64,000 nucleotides of DNA from Candidatus Eiseniibacteriota bacterium (GCA_031370785.1 JANMQY010000058.1:91213-155212), one strand, 5' to 3'; counted from the stretch's first letter, positions 46,892-56,444 are shown. Numbers and translations: made by a program. The notes: generated by a model from the letters alone, not told the origin.

Positions 46892-49108
46892 TTACCACGT
46901 CAGTGCGACGCCGGCCACGAGGAAGCGGCGGCTGAAGTAGGAGTCACGCGTGTAGCGCCGACTGTAGTCGCTGTTGTACACGTACTCGAGCGGATTGCGG
47001 ATGGCGAGCACGTTTATGGCTTCGACGTAGGCGGCGCACACGCTGCTCGCCGGCATTCCGGCGCCTCTGGGCAACGAGAACAGGCGGGTGGCCCGCACGT
47101 CGAGCCGATGATAGTCGGGCATCGGGGCCGAGTTGTGCTCGCCGAACACCGGCCGCCAGATCGCGCGTGCGGGATCCCAGGTTCGATCCACGACCGGCGT
47201 CCAGGGACGGCCGGTCGAGAATCCGTAGCGCGCGCCCACCTGCCACGCCGAGGTGAGCTGGCACTGACTGACCAGCGTCACGCTGTGCTTGACGCCCCAC
47301 GCGGTGGGCACCTCGTGCGGATCGTCCAGTTCCTTGCGCCGCGCATCCAGATATCCGTAGGAGACCCATCCCGAAAGCGAACGCCAGGTGCCGCGGGTGA
47401 ACACGTCGAGCCCGCGCGCGTACCCGGTGCCGCGATTGGCGTAGTAGCTGGTCGAGTCGTTGGTCACCAGGCCGTGATAGTCCTTGCGGTATGCTTCGAT
47501 CCGCACGTTGCCGAACTCGCTCAGCCACTCGTAGCCCGCGATCACGTGATCCGCGGCCATCGGGCTGAGGTCGGGATTGCCGTAGACCGGATCGAGATAG
47601 CGCACGTTGGCGAGCTGATGGTAGCGGCCGGTGGCCACGCGCACGGTCTGGTGCTCGTCCACGCGCCATGCGATCGCCGCGCGCGGATCGGCGGTCCACA
47701 CTCCGGGCAGCGAGGCGTAGTCGAAGCGTCCGCCGAGCGTCGCGTAGAACGGGCCCCACACCCGTAGCTTGTCCTCGAGGTAGACGCCCGGGTGGTCCAC
47801 CGAGGGGTGGGTGTTCAGGGTCCGGGTCGGCGCGCCGCTGCCGTAGTCGGTGCTGTCCGCCCCGACCGTGCCGAGGTTCTCGTGCTCGGTGCGTCCGAGG
47901 TTCAAGCCGAACGACAGCTCGTGCCGCGAATTCACCGGCCATACCGCGTCGAGATTGCCCTGCGCCACGCGCTCGACCTCATCGCCGCCGAACGACGCGA
48001 AGCTCCACGCGGTGTGATAGCGCTGGAGCGACGCCTGTCCGCGCAATGCCACCCTGCCGAGCAGGGCGTCCGAGAACTGGAGCGCTCCGAACCGATTGCG
48101 TGCCCGCCCGGAATAGAGGCCCTTGAAGTTGAGTACATTGGCCTGAAGCGCGGTGTGGTCCCCGGAGTCCAGCCAGGTGAAGGAGAGCTTGCCGCTCTTC
48201 GAATACCGATAGAGCAGCCGGCCTGCCGCATCGTCGCTGGTCGGGGCCTCTTCGTATTCGGTGGCGGAGCCGTAGAGCTTGAACAGCACCGCCGGATAGC
48301 TGTGGCGGATCGAGGCGATCAGCGAGAGCCGGTCGGGGATCAGCGCCCAGCTGGTGGAGAGCCCCGAGCCGACCACGTTCGCGCTCAAGGAAACGGTCTT
48401 GAGATTGAAGGGATCCTGCGTCTCCACGTCGAGCACGCCCGAGAGCACGCCCCCGTACTTGGCCGAGAAGCCGCCGCTCGAGAAGAATGCGCTCTTGATC
48501 ATGTATGCATCGAGCGTGCTGAACAGGCCGCCCGAGGCGCGCTCGTAATGGTAGGGGTGCCCGATCGAGCCGCCGTCGAGGCGGATCAGGGTTTCCTCGG
48601 GCTTGCCGCCGCGCACGTAGAGCGCCGCGCCTTCGGTCGGCGCGTTGATGCCGGGCAGTGCCCTCAACGACTGGAACAGGTCGGCCGCACCGCCCGGGGT
48701 GGTATAGATGTCCATGCGCCGCAGCGTCGCGCCTTCGCTCTTTCCCGTCCTGCCAAAGCTCGAGGCGGCGACCGTGACTTCAGAGAGCTCGACCGGCTGC
48801 TCGCGCAGGGTCACGCGCAGCTCAGGTGTGCCTTCGGCCACGACGATGTTGAGCCGCCGCGCCTCGTAGCCCATCTCGCTCACCACCAGCTGGGTCTGGC
48901 CCGCCGGCAGGTCGAGGGTGAAACGGCCGTGCTCGTCGGTCGAAGTGCCCTGCCTGTAGGCGGGCGCGGCCACGGTCGCGAGCTCGACCGGCTTGCCCGC
49001 CGCGTCCACCACGACGCCAGTGACGCGCGCTGCCCGGGCTGCGCCGGCCGCGGCGCTCAGCGCGATGGCGCCGGCGAGCGCCCACCGGGCGACCCGAAAC
49101 GATCTCAC
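46892..49108 (-). CDS. TonB-dependent outer-membrane receptor with N-terminal carboxypeptidase-regulatory-like domain
   Basis: Signal peptide, TD..G.F.L N-domain, plug (LPGI...LYVRGG...E...DG; GGFSAKYGG.LSGVLD), beta-barrel ending in W. Confidence 0.92.
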   Translation of the reverse strand: MRSFRVARWALAGAIALSAAAGAARAARVTGVVVDAAGKPVELATVAAPAYRQGTSTDEHGRFTLDLPAGQTQLVVSEMGYEARRLNIVVAEGTPELRVTLREQPVELSEVTVAASSFGRTGKSEGATLRRMDIYTTPGGAADLFQSLRALPGINAPTEGAALYVRGGKPEETLIRLDGGSIGHPYHYERASGGLFSTLDAYMIKSAFFSSGGFSAKYGGVLSGVLDVETQDPFNLKTVSLSANVVGSGLSTSWALIPDRLSLIASIRHSYPAVLFKLYGSATEYEEAPTSDDAAGRLLYRYSKSGKLSFTWLDSGDHTALQANVLNFKGLYSGRARNRFGALQFSDALLGRVALRGQASLQRYHTAWSFASFGGDEVERVAQGNLDAVWPVNSRHELSFGLNLGRTEHENLGTVGADSTDYGSGAPTRTLNTHPSVDHPGVYLEDKLRVWGPFYATLGGRFDYASLPGVWTADPRAAIAWRVDEHQTVRVATGRYHQLANVRYLDPVYGNPDLSPMAADHVIAGYEWLSEFGNVRIEAYRKDYHGLVTNDSTSYYANRGTGYARGLDVFTRGTWRSLSGWVSYGYLDARRKELDDPHEVPTAWGVKHSVTLVSQCQLTSAWQVGARYGFSTGRPWTPVVDRTWDPARAIWRPVFGEHNSAPMPDYHRLDVRATRLFSLPRGAGMPASSVCAAYVEAINVLAIRNPLEYVYNSDYSRRYTRDSYFSRRFLVAGVALTW

Positions 49109-49896
49109 GGCTTGACCTCAGCCGAATCCACCAGCGCCTTCTCGGCCTCAGGCAACAGGCGGGCTCGGACCCAGCCGTTGCCCGGATTGAGGGCGAGCGC
49201 CTTGGAAAAGTCCTCACGCGCCGAGGCGTAGTCCTTGCGCATCATCGCGGCGCGTCCCGCCCACAGGAACGCGTCGTCGTGTCCCCAGTCGGGAGCGGCC
49301 GAATCGGCGCTCGAGTCGGCCGCGGCCAGCGCGGCGGCGCGGTCGAGCGTTTCTCCCGCGGGCACGGCGCCACCGCCAAACCGCTCGGGCTTGTTGAGCG
49401 TGCCGAGCCCGTCGAGCAGCCACACCCGCGGGCTGTTCGGGGCCAGCGTGATCGCGCGACGCGTGTTGGCCACGCTCTGCGGCCCGAGCGTCATCATCGA
49501 TCCGGGCTCGAACTGGATCGACATGCCCTGCAGGCCACCCTTGAGCGCGATCGCTTCGCCGAACCTGGGATCGAGCGCGATCGCCTTGTCGCAATGGTCG
49601 ATCCCATCCTTGCAGTAGCGAGCCGCCTTCACCTTGTCCGTGCCGGAGAGAAACGGCGTCAGCCTCCAGTCGGCGACCGCGACCCAGTAGTGAAGCAGCG
49701 CGGAGCCGGGCTCGGCCGCAGACATCGCCTCGAAGCGCGAGCGCGCCTTCAGCATCTCGTCGGGCGCGGCGTGATTGACCGCGCTCTGCAACGCGCGCTT
49801 GGCCTCGAGCACGGCCCTGGGGTCGGCAGCACGCGCGACCGGTGCCGCGAACGCGACGCACAGGAACAGCCAGGCAAACATCGAAGAAGGACGCAT
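49105..49896 (-). CDS. Exported TPR-like helical repeat protein
   Basis: AAGGAG RBS, signal peptide (ARA-A), TPR-like repeats (KAIALDP, RAITLAP, KALALNP). GTGA overlap with the receptor gene. Confidence 0.8.
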   Translation of the reverse strand: MRPSSMFAWLFLCVAFAAPVARAADPRAVLEAKRALQSAVNHAAPDEMLKARSRFEAMSAAEPGSALLHYWVAVADWRLTPFLSGTDKVKAARYCKDGIDHCDKAIALDPRFGEAIALKGGLQGMSIQFEPGSMMTLGPQSVANTRRAITLAPNSPRVWLLDGLGTLNKPERFGGGAVPAGETLDRAAALAAADSSADSAAPDWGHDDAFLWAGRAAMMRKDYASAREDFSKALALNPGNGWVRARLLPEAEKALVDSAEVKP

Positions 49897-49905
49897 GGTT
49901 CTCCT

Positions 49906-51027
49906 TTAGGGCTGCGGCGACGAGGAGGTCGCCGGAGTGGGAATGGGAAGGGTGAGGCGAATGACGGTGCCACGGTCAGCGACCGAATCGATCTCCAGCG
50001 CATGGGGCGGGCCGGCCAGCTGGATGCGCTCGCGCACCGAGCGCAGGCCAAAGCCGGTGCCCGCGGGCGCGCCTTCGCTGAAGCCCGGTCCGTCGTCGGC
50101 GATCTCGATCACCAGCGTCGGGCCCGAGCCGTTCACGCTCTCGGCGCGGCGCGCGGTGAGGCGCACGGTTCCCCCTTCGGCCCGCGGCGCGATCGCGTGA
50201 TGCACCGCGTTCTCGACCAGCGGCTGGAGCAGCAGGCTCGGGATCGAGATGTTCTCGAGGCCGGGCTCGACTTGCTCTTCGAGGCGCAGTCGATCGCGAA
50301 ACCGGGTGCGCTCGATCTCGAGGTAGTCGCGTACGAACTGCAGCTCGTCGGCGAAGCGCGCGTGCTCGTGATCCGAGGCCCGCAGGGTGTAGCGGAACAC
50401 TTCGGCCAGCCGGGTGGTGGTGTCCTCGGCTCCCGAGGGATCCTCATGGATCAGCGCGGCGATGGTGTTGAGCGTGTTGAACAGGAAGTGCGGATGGATC
50501 TGGGCGCGCAGGGCGCGCAGCTCGGCTTCGGCCAGCTCGGCGCGAATGCTCTCGACCTGGCGCGCGCGCGCCAGCGACTGGCGATGGAAGCTGACTGCGA
50601 ACGAGATCCCGCTGAACAGCGCCGTGAACAGCAGCGTGAACATGCCCGAGACCAGCACCTGGCGCGCGCCGCCGAGGAAGCCGGGCTTGAGCGTGAAATG
50701 GATGATCGCGGAGGCGATATAGGCGGGAATCAGGGCGCACGCCGCGTAGGTGATCGCGAGACGCAGCACCGGAGTCTCGCTCTCGGTGACGTCGCATGCG
50801 TAGTAGTCGCGCAGCAGGACGTAACGCGCGACCCAGAGACCCAGCCCGATCAGGTACGCAAAGACCAGCGACATCTTGTAGGCGAGGACGTAGGAGGCGA
50901 GCCCGGAGCCAAACATGGTGCCGAAGAACAGCGCGAAGGGGAACGCCCACAGTGCCTGACGCCACAGCATGTGGAGGAGCGCCATCGAGGCGGAAGGTGC
51001 GGTGGGTCGTGTCGGCTCGGGTGTCAT
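49906..51027 (-). CDS. LytS/YehU-type sensor histidine kinase
   Basis: 4-TM N-terminus, L.AQIHPHFLFNTLN, YLEIE..RF.DRL, LQPLVENA..H, DDGPG, G.GL..VRER. Start set at 51027. Confidence 0.92.
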   Translation of the reverse strand: MTPEPTRPTAPSASMALLHMLWRQALWAFPFALFFGTMFGSGLASYVLAYKMSLVFAYLIGLGLWVARYVLLRDYYACDVTESETPVLRLAITYAACALIPAYIASAIIHFTLKPGFLGGARQVLVSGMFTLLFTALFSGISFAVSFHRQSLARARQVESIRAELAEAELRALRAQIHPHFLFNTLNTIAALIHEDPSGAEDTTTRLAEVFRYTLRASDHEHARFADELQFVRDYLEIERTRFRDRLRLEEQVEPGLENISIPSLLLQPLVENAVHHAIAPRAEGGTVRLTARRAESVNGSGPTLVIEIADDGPGFSEGAPAGTGFGLRSVRERIQLAGPPHALEIDSVADRGTVIRLTLPIPTPATSSSPQP

Positions 51028-51071
51028 GCCTGGAGTCTCGTGCGTGAAGGGAGGGAGCGCCACGCCACGCA

Positions 51072-51104
51072 GGATGAACGGTCGCGTGAGTGGGATGAAC
51101 GGTC
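51072..51104 (-). repeat. Direct repeat GACCGTTCATCC x2, 21-bp period; putative LytTR operator
   Basis: On the + strand GGATGAACGGTC occurs at 51072-51083 and 51093-51104, 45 bp upstream of the kinase start. Confidence 0.8.
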
Positions 51105-51118
51105 CACGGAGCACAGGA

Positions 51119-52315
51119 TCAGGCCTGGGGCGCCTCGAGCACGCGCAGCACCATCACCGTGATGTCGTCCCCGGGCTCGACCCCGGCGAGGAACGAGCGC
51201 ACCCCCTCGAGGATGCGGTCGACCACCTCGCGCGAGGTGAGATGCTCGGGCAGCGACTCGACCAGCGCGTACAGCCTGTCCTCGCCGAACAGGTCGCCGC
51301 TCGCGTTCGCGGCCTCGCTCACCCCGTCGGTGTAGAGCACGACGCGGTCGCCGGCGCGCAGCTCGAGGCTGTCCTCCTCGTACTCGGCGTGCTCGAGGAT
51401 CCCGACCACGGTGCCGCCGCGCTCGAGCATGACCCGTCCGCCGCCGCGCCGGAACACCACCGGGAAGTTGTGCCCGGCGTTGGTGAATTGCAGGCGCAGG
51501 CCGCGCTCGTCGATCCGCGCGAGAAAGAACGTGGCGAACTGCTGCACCGAAGTGCTGCGGTAGACCATGGCGTTGATGTTGCGCATGATCTCGGAGACCG
51601 AGGGAATGGTGTGGGCCTGGGTGCGCAGCGAGGCCTGCAGCATCGAGGACAGCAGGGCGGCGGGCACGCCCTTGCCGGCCACGTCGGCGATCGCGAGCAG
51701 GAACACATTTTCACCGGCGGGCACGACGTCGTAGAAGTCGCCGCTCACCTGTCGCGAGGAGAGATTCAGGGCATGCACCTCGAGCCGCGGCAGCTCGGGA
51801 AACTGGGTGAGCAGGAACGAGCGCTGGATGCGGCGCGCCTGGTCGAGCTCGGTCTCGCTGCGCGTCTTCTCGATCGAGTCCCGGTAGAAGCGGGTGGCGA
51901 GCGAGATCCCCATGAACAGCGCGCAGAACAGGAGCGTGAATACCGCGAAAACGATCAACTGGGACGCCGACCCGAGGAAGCCGCGGACCAGCGTGAAGTG
52001 GATCACGACCGCCCCGCCGAACGAGCCCACGACCGCGAAGGTGCCGTAGAACGCGATGGTGTGGATGAGCGGCACGCGGCCGTCGCGGGCGGGCCTCAGC
52101 AGGTGCGGCTGGACGAACCACTCGGCGGCCCACAGCGACAGCGTGATCACCGCGCTGAAGACGAGGGAGACCTCGTAGAACGCAACCAGCTCGCGCAGCC
52201 TGGCGCCGTTCAGCAGATCGAAGAACAGCGCAAAGGGCACGGCGAACAGCGGAATGCGCAGCAGCACGCGGACGAGCGCACGCCATGCGTTGGGCGGTTT
52301 GGTCAGTGCATTCAT
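51119..52315 (-). CDS. Membrane-bound PP2C/SpoIIE (RsbU-like) phosphatase
   Basis: AR.IQ..FL, VSGDFYD, IADVAGKGVPAAL, NAGH, YTDGV.EA, DDIT. Its N-terminal TM domain is homologous to that of the neighbouring kinase. Confidence 0.92.
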   Translation of the reverse strand: MNALTKPPNAWRALVRVLLRIPLFAVPFALFFDLLNGARLRELVAFYEVSLVFSAVITLSLWAAEWFVQPHLLRPARDGRVPLIHTIAFYGTFAVVGSFGGAVVIHFTLVRGFLGSASQLIVFAVFTLLFCALFMGISLATRFYRDSIEKTRSETELDQARRIQRSFLLTQFPELPRLEVHALNLSSRQVSGDFYDVVPAGENVFLLAIADVAGKGVPAALLSSMLQASLRTQAHTIPSVSEIMRNINAMVYRSTSVQQFATFFLARIDERGLRLQFTNAGHNFPVVFRRGGGRVMLERGGTVVGILEHAEYEEDSLELRAGDRVVLYTDGVSEAANASGDLFGEDRLYALVESLPEHLTSREVVDRILEGVRSFLAGVEPGDDITVMVLRVLEAPQA

Positions 52316-52433
52316 GTGCGATCCCGATTCATGGACCGATCCTCGCCGCTCGGCGCCGCGCGCGCCAGCAGGCGCGCGACCGACGGTTGATCGGACCGGA
52401 CGAACCGTCGGCCGGCGCGTCTCAATGGGCCTT

Positions 52434-53015
52434 TCACGGCGCGAGTCGCTCGCGGAGCCAGGCCCCGCGCGATCGCCGGTAGCGCAGCCGGTCGTGCAGC
52501 CGGTTCTCGCGCTGCTCCCAGAACTCGATCCGATCGGGCCCCAGCCGATAGCCGCCCCACCCGGCGGGCCTCGGCACCGGCGCGCCGCTGAGGCGGCGCT
52601 CCAGCGCAACCAGCGCGCGCTCGAGCATCCGGCGGTCCGGGATCGCGCGGCTCTGCGGCGAGACCGCGGCGCCGAGCTGGCTGCCGCGCGGCCGGCTCGC
52701 GAAGTAGGCGTCCGATTCCGCTTGGTCCACGCGACGAACCCGGCCCTCGATGCGCACCTGGAGGCGCAGCGGGGGCCAGTAGAGCACGAGCGCGGCGCGC
52801 GGGTTGGCCTCGAGCTCACGCCCCTTGCGGCTCCGGTAGTTCGTGAAGAATACGAAGCCGCGGCGGTCGAACCCCTTGAGCAGCACCATGCGCGCCGAAG
52901 GCCGCCCCTCGGGCGTCGCGGTCGCCAGGCTCATGGCATGGGGCTCGGGAAGGCCGGCGGCACGCGCCGCACGGAAACAGCGCGCGAAGTGCGCGATCGG
53001 ATCGGCGCCCGGCAC
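52434..53015 (-). CDS. pdxH: Pyridoxamine 5'-phosphate oxidase
   Basis: AMSLAT, RMVLLK, FFTNYRSRK, RQV-type LQVRIEG, RP.GSQ, EFW.....RLHDR, RLAP. Start uncertain. Confidence 0.9.
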   Translation of the reverse strand: MPGADPIAHFARCFRAARAAGLPEPHAMSLATATPEGRPSARMVLLKGFDRRGFVFFTNYRSRKGRELEANPRAALVLYWPPLRLQVRIEGRVRRVDQAESDAYFASRPRGSQLGAAVSPQSRAIPDRRMLERALVALERRLSGAPVPRPAGWGGYRLGPDRIEFWEQRENRLHDRLRYRRSRGAWLRERLAP

Positions 53016-53232
53016 TCGGCGGGCGCGGGCGATGCGTTGCGACTGCCGTGGCAAGGCGCGCGGGCTCCTCAGGGAGTGCGCCGCGCGGGCGCGGCACGAC
53101 CTGCGTGGCGGGCGGCGCGGCGGCGTGATCGTGATCGGGCCGCGTAAACCTACCACGTCATGGGGAATCGGGGCCCTGGGAGCACGGCCAATCGTGCGCG
53201 GAGGAGGTGCGGGCCGGGTTCGGCCGCGTGTC

Positions 53233-55050
53233 TCAGGCCGCGACTTCGACCGAAGCGCTGGCCTCGAGGGGAATGCGAACGGTGAAGCGGCTTCCCACCC
53301 CGGGTTCGCTCTCGAGCTCGATCTTGCCGCCGTGCGCGGTCACGATGCCGGAGGCGATCGAGAGGCCAAGCCCGAGTCCGGACGAGTTGAACTCGAGCGT
53401 GCTCGAGGAGTGGTGGTGGAGCGAGTCGCGCATCAGCGATGCGCGATCGAAGACGTGACGCTGCTTCTCGAGCGGGATACCCACCCCGTTGTCGCGGACC
53501 ATGATGACCAGCACGCCCGCTTCGCGCCGCGCGTTCACCTCGACCTCGCCACCGTCGGGAGTGAAACGGATTCCGTTGCGCACCAGGTTCGCGATCGCCT
53601 GGGTCAGGCGTGGAGCGTCCACGTGGCCGTCGCCGAGCTCGGGATCCAGCATGCACAGCACGTCGACCTTGCGGTTCACCCCTTCGGCGCGGGCCTCAGC
53701 GACCCCGGCTTCGACCAGCGCGGTCAGATCGGCCTCAGCGAGACTCAGCGTGAGGCGGGCGCTGGCGATCTGCGCCATGCGCGTCGCGTCCTCGGCGATC
53801 CGGGTCAGGGTCAGCACGCTGCGCCCGATCGCATGCAGCGCCACCTGCTGCTCCTCGGCGACCGGCCCGAGGGAGCCCTGCGTCATCAGCTCCTGATAGC
53901 CGCGGATCACGCTGATCGGCGTGCGCAGCTCGTGCGAGGCGACGGTCAGGAACTCGCTCTTCACCCGCGTGATCTCTTCGAGGCTGCTCACGTACTGGCG
54001 CTGCTTGTGGCGCATGTCCTGGAAGCGTTCGGCGAGGTACCCGATCTCGTCGTCGCTGTTCACTTCGAGCGGATAGTCGTAGTTGCCGCGCTCCATCTCC
54101 TCGGCGCCGCGCACCAGGCGCTGCACCGGCAGGGTGATGCGCTGGGCGATGAACACGCCGGCGAGCAGGGCGACGATGAGGGCGACCGCGCCGAGCTCGA
54201 GCAGCCCGGCCTGGGTCTCGCGAAGGAACGCGGATTCGACATCGAGCGGGCGCTGCATCACGTAGGCCTGCGCGTCGCCGGGTTCGGACCCCGGCAGGGG
54301 GCGCACCAGCGTGAGGTAGGTATGACTCGAAGTCCTCACCTCCACCACCGCAGTGCTGGGAACGCTGCTGTTGTCGAGCCGGTCGGTCACGGTCAGCGCC
54401 GCGTGGCGATCCTCGATGGATTCGAGCGTGGTTCCGGTCGCGACGTGATGCGAGACGAACGTGACCTCGCTGCGCGTGAGGCGCTTGATCTCGGCCGCAA
54501 GATCGACGTCGAGCCGCGCGCCAAGCAGGAGCGCCCCGACCACGCGGCCGCCCGCGAACACCGGGAGCACCTGCACCTGCCAGTGCGCGCGCGGCGCGAC
54601 CAGCACGCCGGAGACCGGGCGTCCCGCGAGCGCGGCCCGGATCAGTCCGGAACGCGCGGCTTCCTCCGAGCTTTCGGCTCCGACCGAGGCGAGCACGTGA
54701 CCCTGCACGTCGGTGACCTCGAACAGATCCGCCCGGGTCAGCACGTTGAAATCGCGCGCCACGCCAGCCACGGTGGCCCGCAGCTGGGCATCGAGGAACG
54801 AGCCGGGAATGGTGAGCGCCGAGAAGAACTTGGGATCCTGGACGATGACCTGTCCAGCCAGCTCGAGCGCACTGCCACGCGCCTCGAGCACGTTTTCGAC
54901 GACCGCCGAGGCGCGTGTCAGATCCTCGCGGATGCCCTGCAGCACCTGGCCGCTGACCCGGTGGTTGACCATCCACAGCGTCGCGAACGCCAGCGTGGCG
55001 ATCGGAAGCGCGGTGAAGATCAGGATCCGCGAGCGCAGGTCGAGCCGCAT
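53233..55050 (-). CDS. Sensor histidine kinase (TM-Cache-like-TM-HAMP-HisKA-HATPase)
   Basis: Two TM segments, HAMP (DEIG.LA..F..M), SHELRTP, NLV.N.I.FT, DNG.G, GLGLGL. Confidence 0.9.
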   Translation of the reverse strand: MRLDLRSRILIFTALPIATLAFATLWMVNHRVSGQVLQGIREDLTRASAVVENVLEARGSALELAGQVIVQDPKFFSALTIPGSFLDAQLRATVAGVARDFNVLTRADLFEVTDVQGHVLASVGAESSEEAARSGLIRAALAGRPVSGVLVAPRAHWQVQVLPVFAGGRVVGALLLGARLDVDLAAEIKRLTRSEVTFVSHHVATGTTLESIEDRHAALTVTDRLDNSSVPSTAVVEVRTSSHTYLTLVRPLPGSEPGDAQAYVMQRPLDVESAFLRETQAGLLELGAVALIVALLAGVFIAQRITLPVQRLVRGAEEMERGNYDYPLEVNSDDEIGYLAERFQDMRHKQRQYVSSLEEITRVKSEFLTVASHELRTPISVIRGYQELMTQGSLGPVAEEQQVALHAIGRSVLTLTRIAEDATRMAQIASARLTLSLAEADLTALVEAGVAEARAEGVNRKVDVLCMLDPELGDGHVDAPRLTQAIANLVRNGIRFTPDGGEVEVNARREAGVLVIMVRDNGVGIPLEKQRHVFDRASLMRDSLHHHSSSTLEFNSSGLGLGLSIASGIVTAHGGKIELESEPGVGSRFTVRIPLEASASVEVAA

Positions 55051-55052
55051 GG

Positions 55053-55724
55053 TCAGTAGCTCAGATCGAGGGTCACGCTGCTGTTTTCCGGCACGTCGAT
55101 TTCACGCGTGATCGGACCCAGATCGGGTTGCCAGCATCGCACCGTGTAACGACCCGCGGGCAGATCGGGGAGCGCGTAATCGCCGTTGGCGCGCGGCTGG
55201 GTGAAGCCGTGGTGCGGCAACACCAGGACGAACGCCTCCATGCCCGAATGGATCTCACAGTACACGTTCACCAGCCCGGTGCGGCCAAACACGATCGTCT
55301 TCGACTGCCCTTGCGGATACTTGCCGAGGTCGAAGCGCTTGACCGGCGAAAGGCTGAACACGTTGTGGTAGATCGGATCGAGATTCGGGAAGTCGACGGC
55401 AGTTCCGACCGCGACCGCAATGACGCGCGGCGCGAACGACTGATCTTTCTGGGCGAGGCGCGGGCGTTCGGCCTTCGCGGCCAACAGGGACTCGGTGGCG
55501 GCCGGCACGTGGTCCACCGAAATCACCGCGTCCGAAGCGAGGCCATGCACCACGGCGCGAACGCCGGGCACGGAGTTCGCCTGCCCGGGATAGGCATTGA
55601 GCGAGAGCGCGGGTCCGGTGCGTGCCGGCACGTGCAGCGTCCCTCGGATCACGCCCGCGCTTGCGGGCGATGCGGTGGTGATCAGCAATACGGCAACTGC
55701 CTGCCACCGGCGTGGAATTCCCAC
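55053..55724 (-). CDS. Exported cupredoxin-like protein with carboxypeptidase-regulatory-like C-terminal domain
   Basis: Signal peptide, Q.D..F.P, FPN.D..YHNVFS, YCEIHSGM (type-1 Cu-like His/Cys/His/Met). GTG start inferred. Confidence 0.75.
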   Translation of the reverse strand: MGIPRRWQAVAVLLITTASPASAGVIRGTLHVPARTGPALSLNAYPGQANSVPGVRAVVHGLASDAVISVDHVPAATESLLAAKAERPRLAQKDQSFAPRVIAVAVGTAVDFPNLDPIYHNVFSLSPVKRFDLGKYPQGQSKTIVFGRTGLVNVYCEIHSGMEAFVLVLPHHGFTQPRANGDYALPDLPAGRYTVRCWQPDLGPITREIDVPENSSVTLDLSY

Positions 55725-55895
55725 TGAGTTTCCATCCCTGGGAAAGGTAGGTTTGGCCGAACCTGGGAGCCCTGCTCTCGCGGGAGTTTCGGCATTCTGC
55801 CGTAAGGACTTGAGTCCGCCGGCCGCAGGCGTATTCTGCGCCTTTCCAGGGCAGCGGGAACGGCCCGGAAATCCCGGAATTCCCAGGAGGTTGGC

Positions 55896-56444
55896 GTGAT
55901 CGCACCCTACATCGTCGGCGAGAAGCTCTACCTGCGTGCGCTCGAGCCGGTGGACGCGCCTGTGCTCAAGGCCTGGATCAACGACCCGGAGGTCACCCGA
56001 AACCTGACCATCTGGTGCCCTATGCAGGTGAGCGACGAGGTTGCCTTCATCGAACGCACCGCACGCGACCCGAACCTGATCGCGCTCGGTATCACGCTCA
56101 GGGACTCGGATCGCCTGATCGGCACGGTCGGATTTCATCCCATCGACTGGAAGAACCGCAGCGCCAGTTTCGGGATCGAGATCGGCGAGAGTTCCGAGTG
56201 GGGCAAGGGCTACGGTTACGAGGCGACGCGTCTCATGGTCCGGCACGCGTTCACGCGCATGAACCTCAATCGGGTCTGGCTCGTCGTGTACGAGAACAAT
56301 CCCCGCGGCATGCGCTGCTACGAGCGGGCCGGATTCCGGCGCGAGGGCGTGATGCGCCAGTACCATTTCATGGATGGACGCTACTGGGACGCGATCCACA
56401 TGGCCGTGCTGCGCGAAGAGTGGAAGGATGGTCCCGGCAAGTAG
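55896..56444 (+). CDS. GNAT family N-acetyltransferase (RimJ/RimL-like)
   Basis: AGGAGG RBS, LYLR, WGKGYG.EA, N......YE..GF..EG. Confidence 0.88.
   Translation: MIAPYIVGEKLYLRALEPVDAPVLKAWINDPEVTRNLTIWCPMQVSDEVAFIERTARDPNLIALGITLRDSDRLIGTVGFHPIDWKNRSASFGIEIGESSEWGKGYGYEATRLMVRHAFTRMNLNRVWLVVYENNPRGMRCYERAGFRREGVMRQYHFMDGRYWDAIHMAVLREEWKDGPGK

Noticed and set aside
51072..51104. Direct repeat as a CRISPR remnant
   Set aside because: Only two 12-bp units with a 9-bp spacer and no cas genes. It fits a LytTR operator.
17669..53015. Co-occurrence of pdxS/pdxT and pdxH
   Set aside because: De novo synthesis plus a salvage oxidase is ordinary, and the genes are unlinked.
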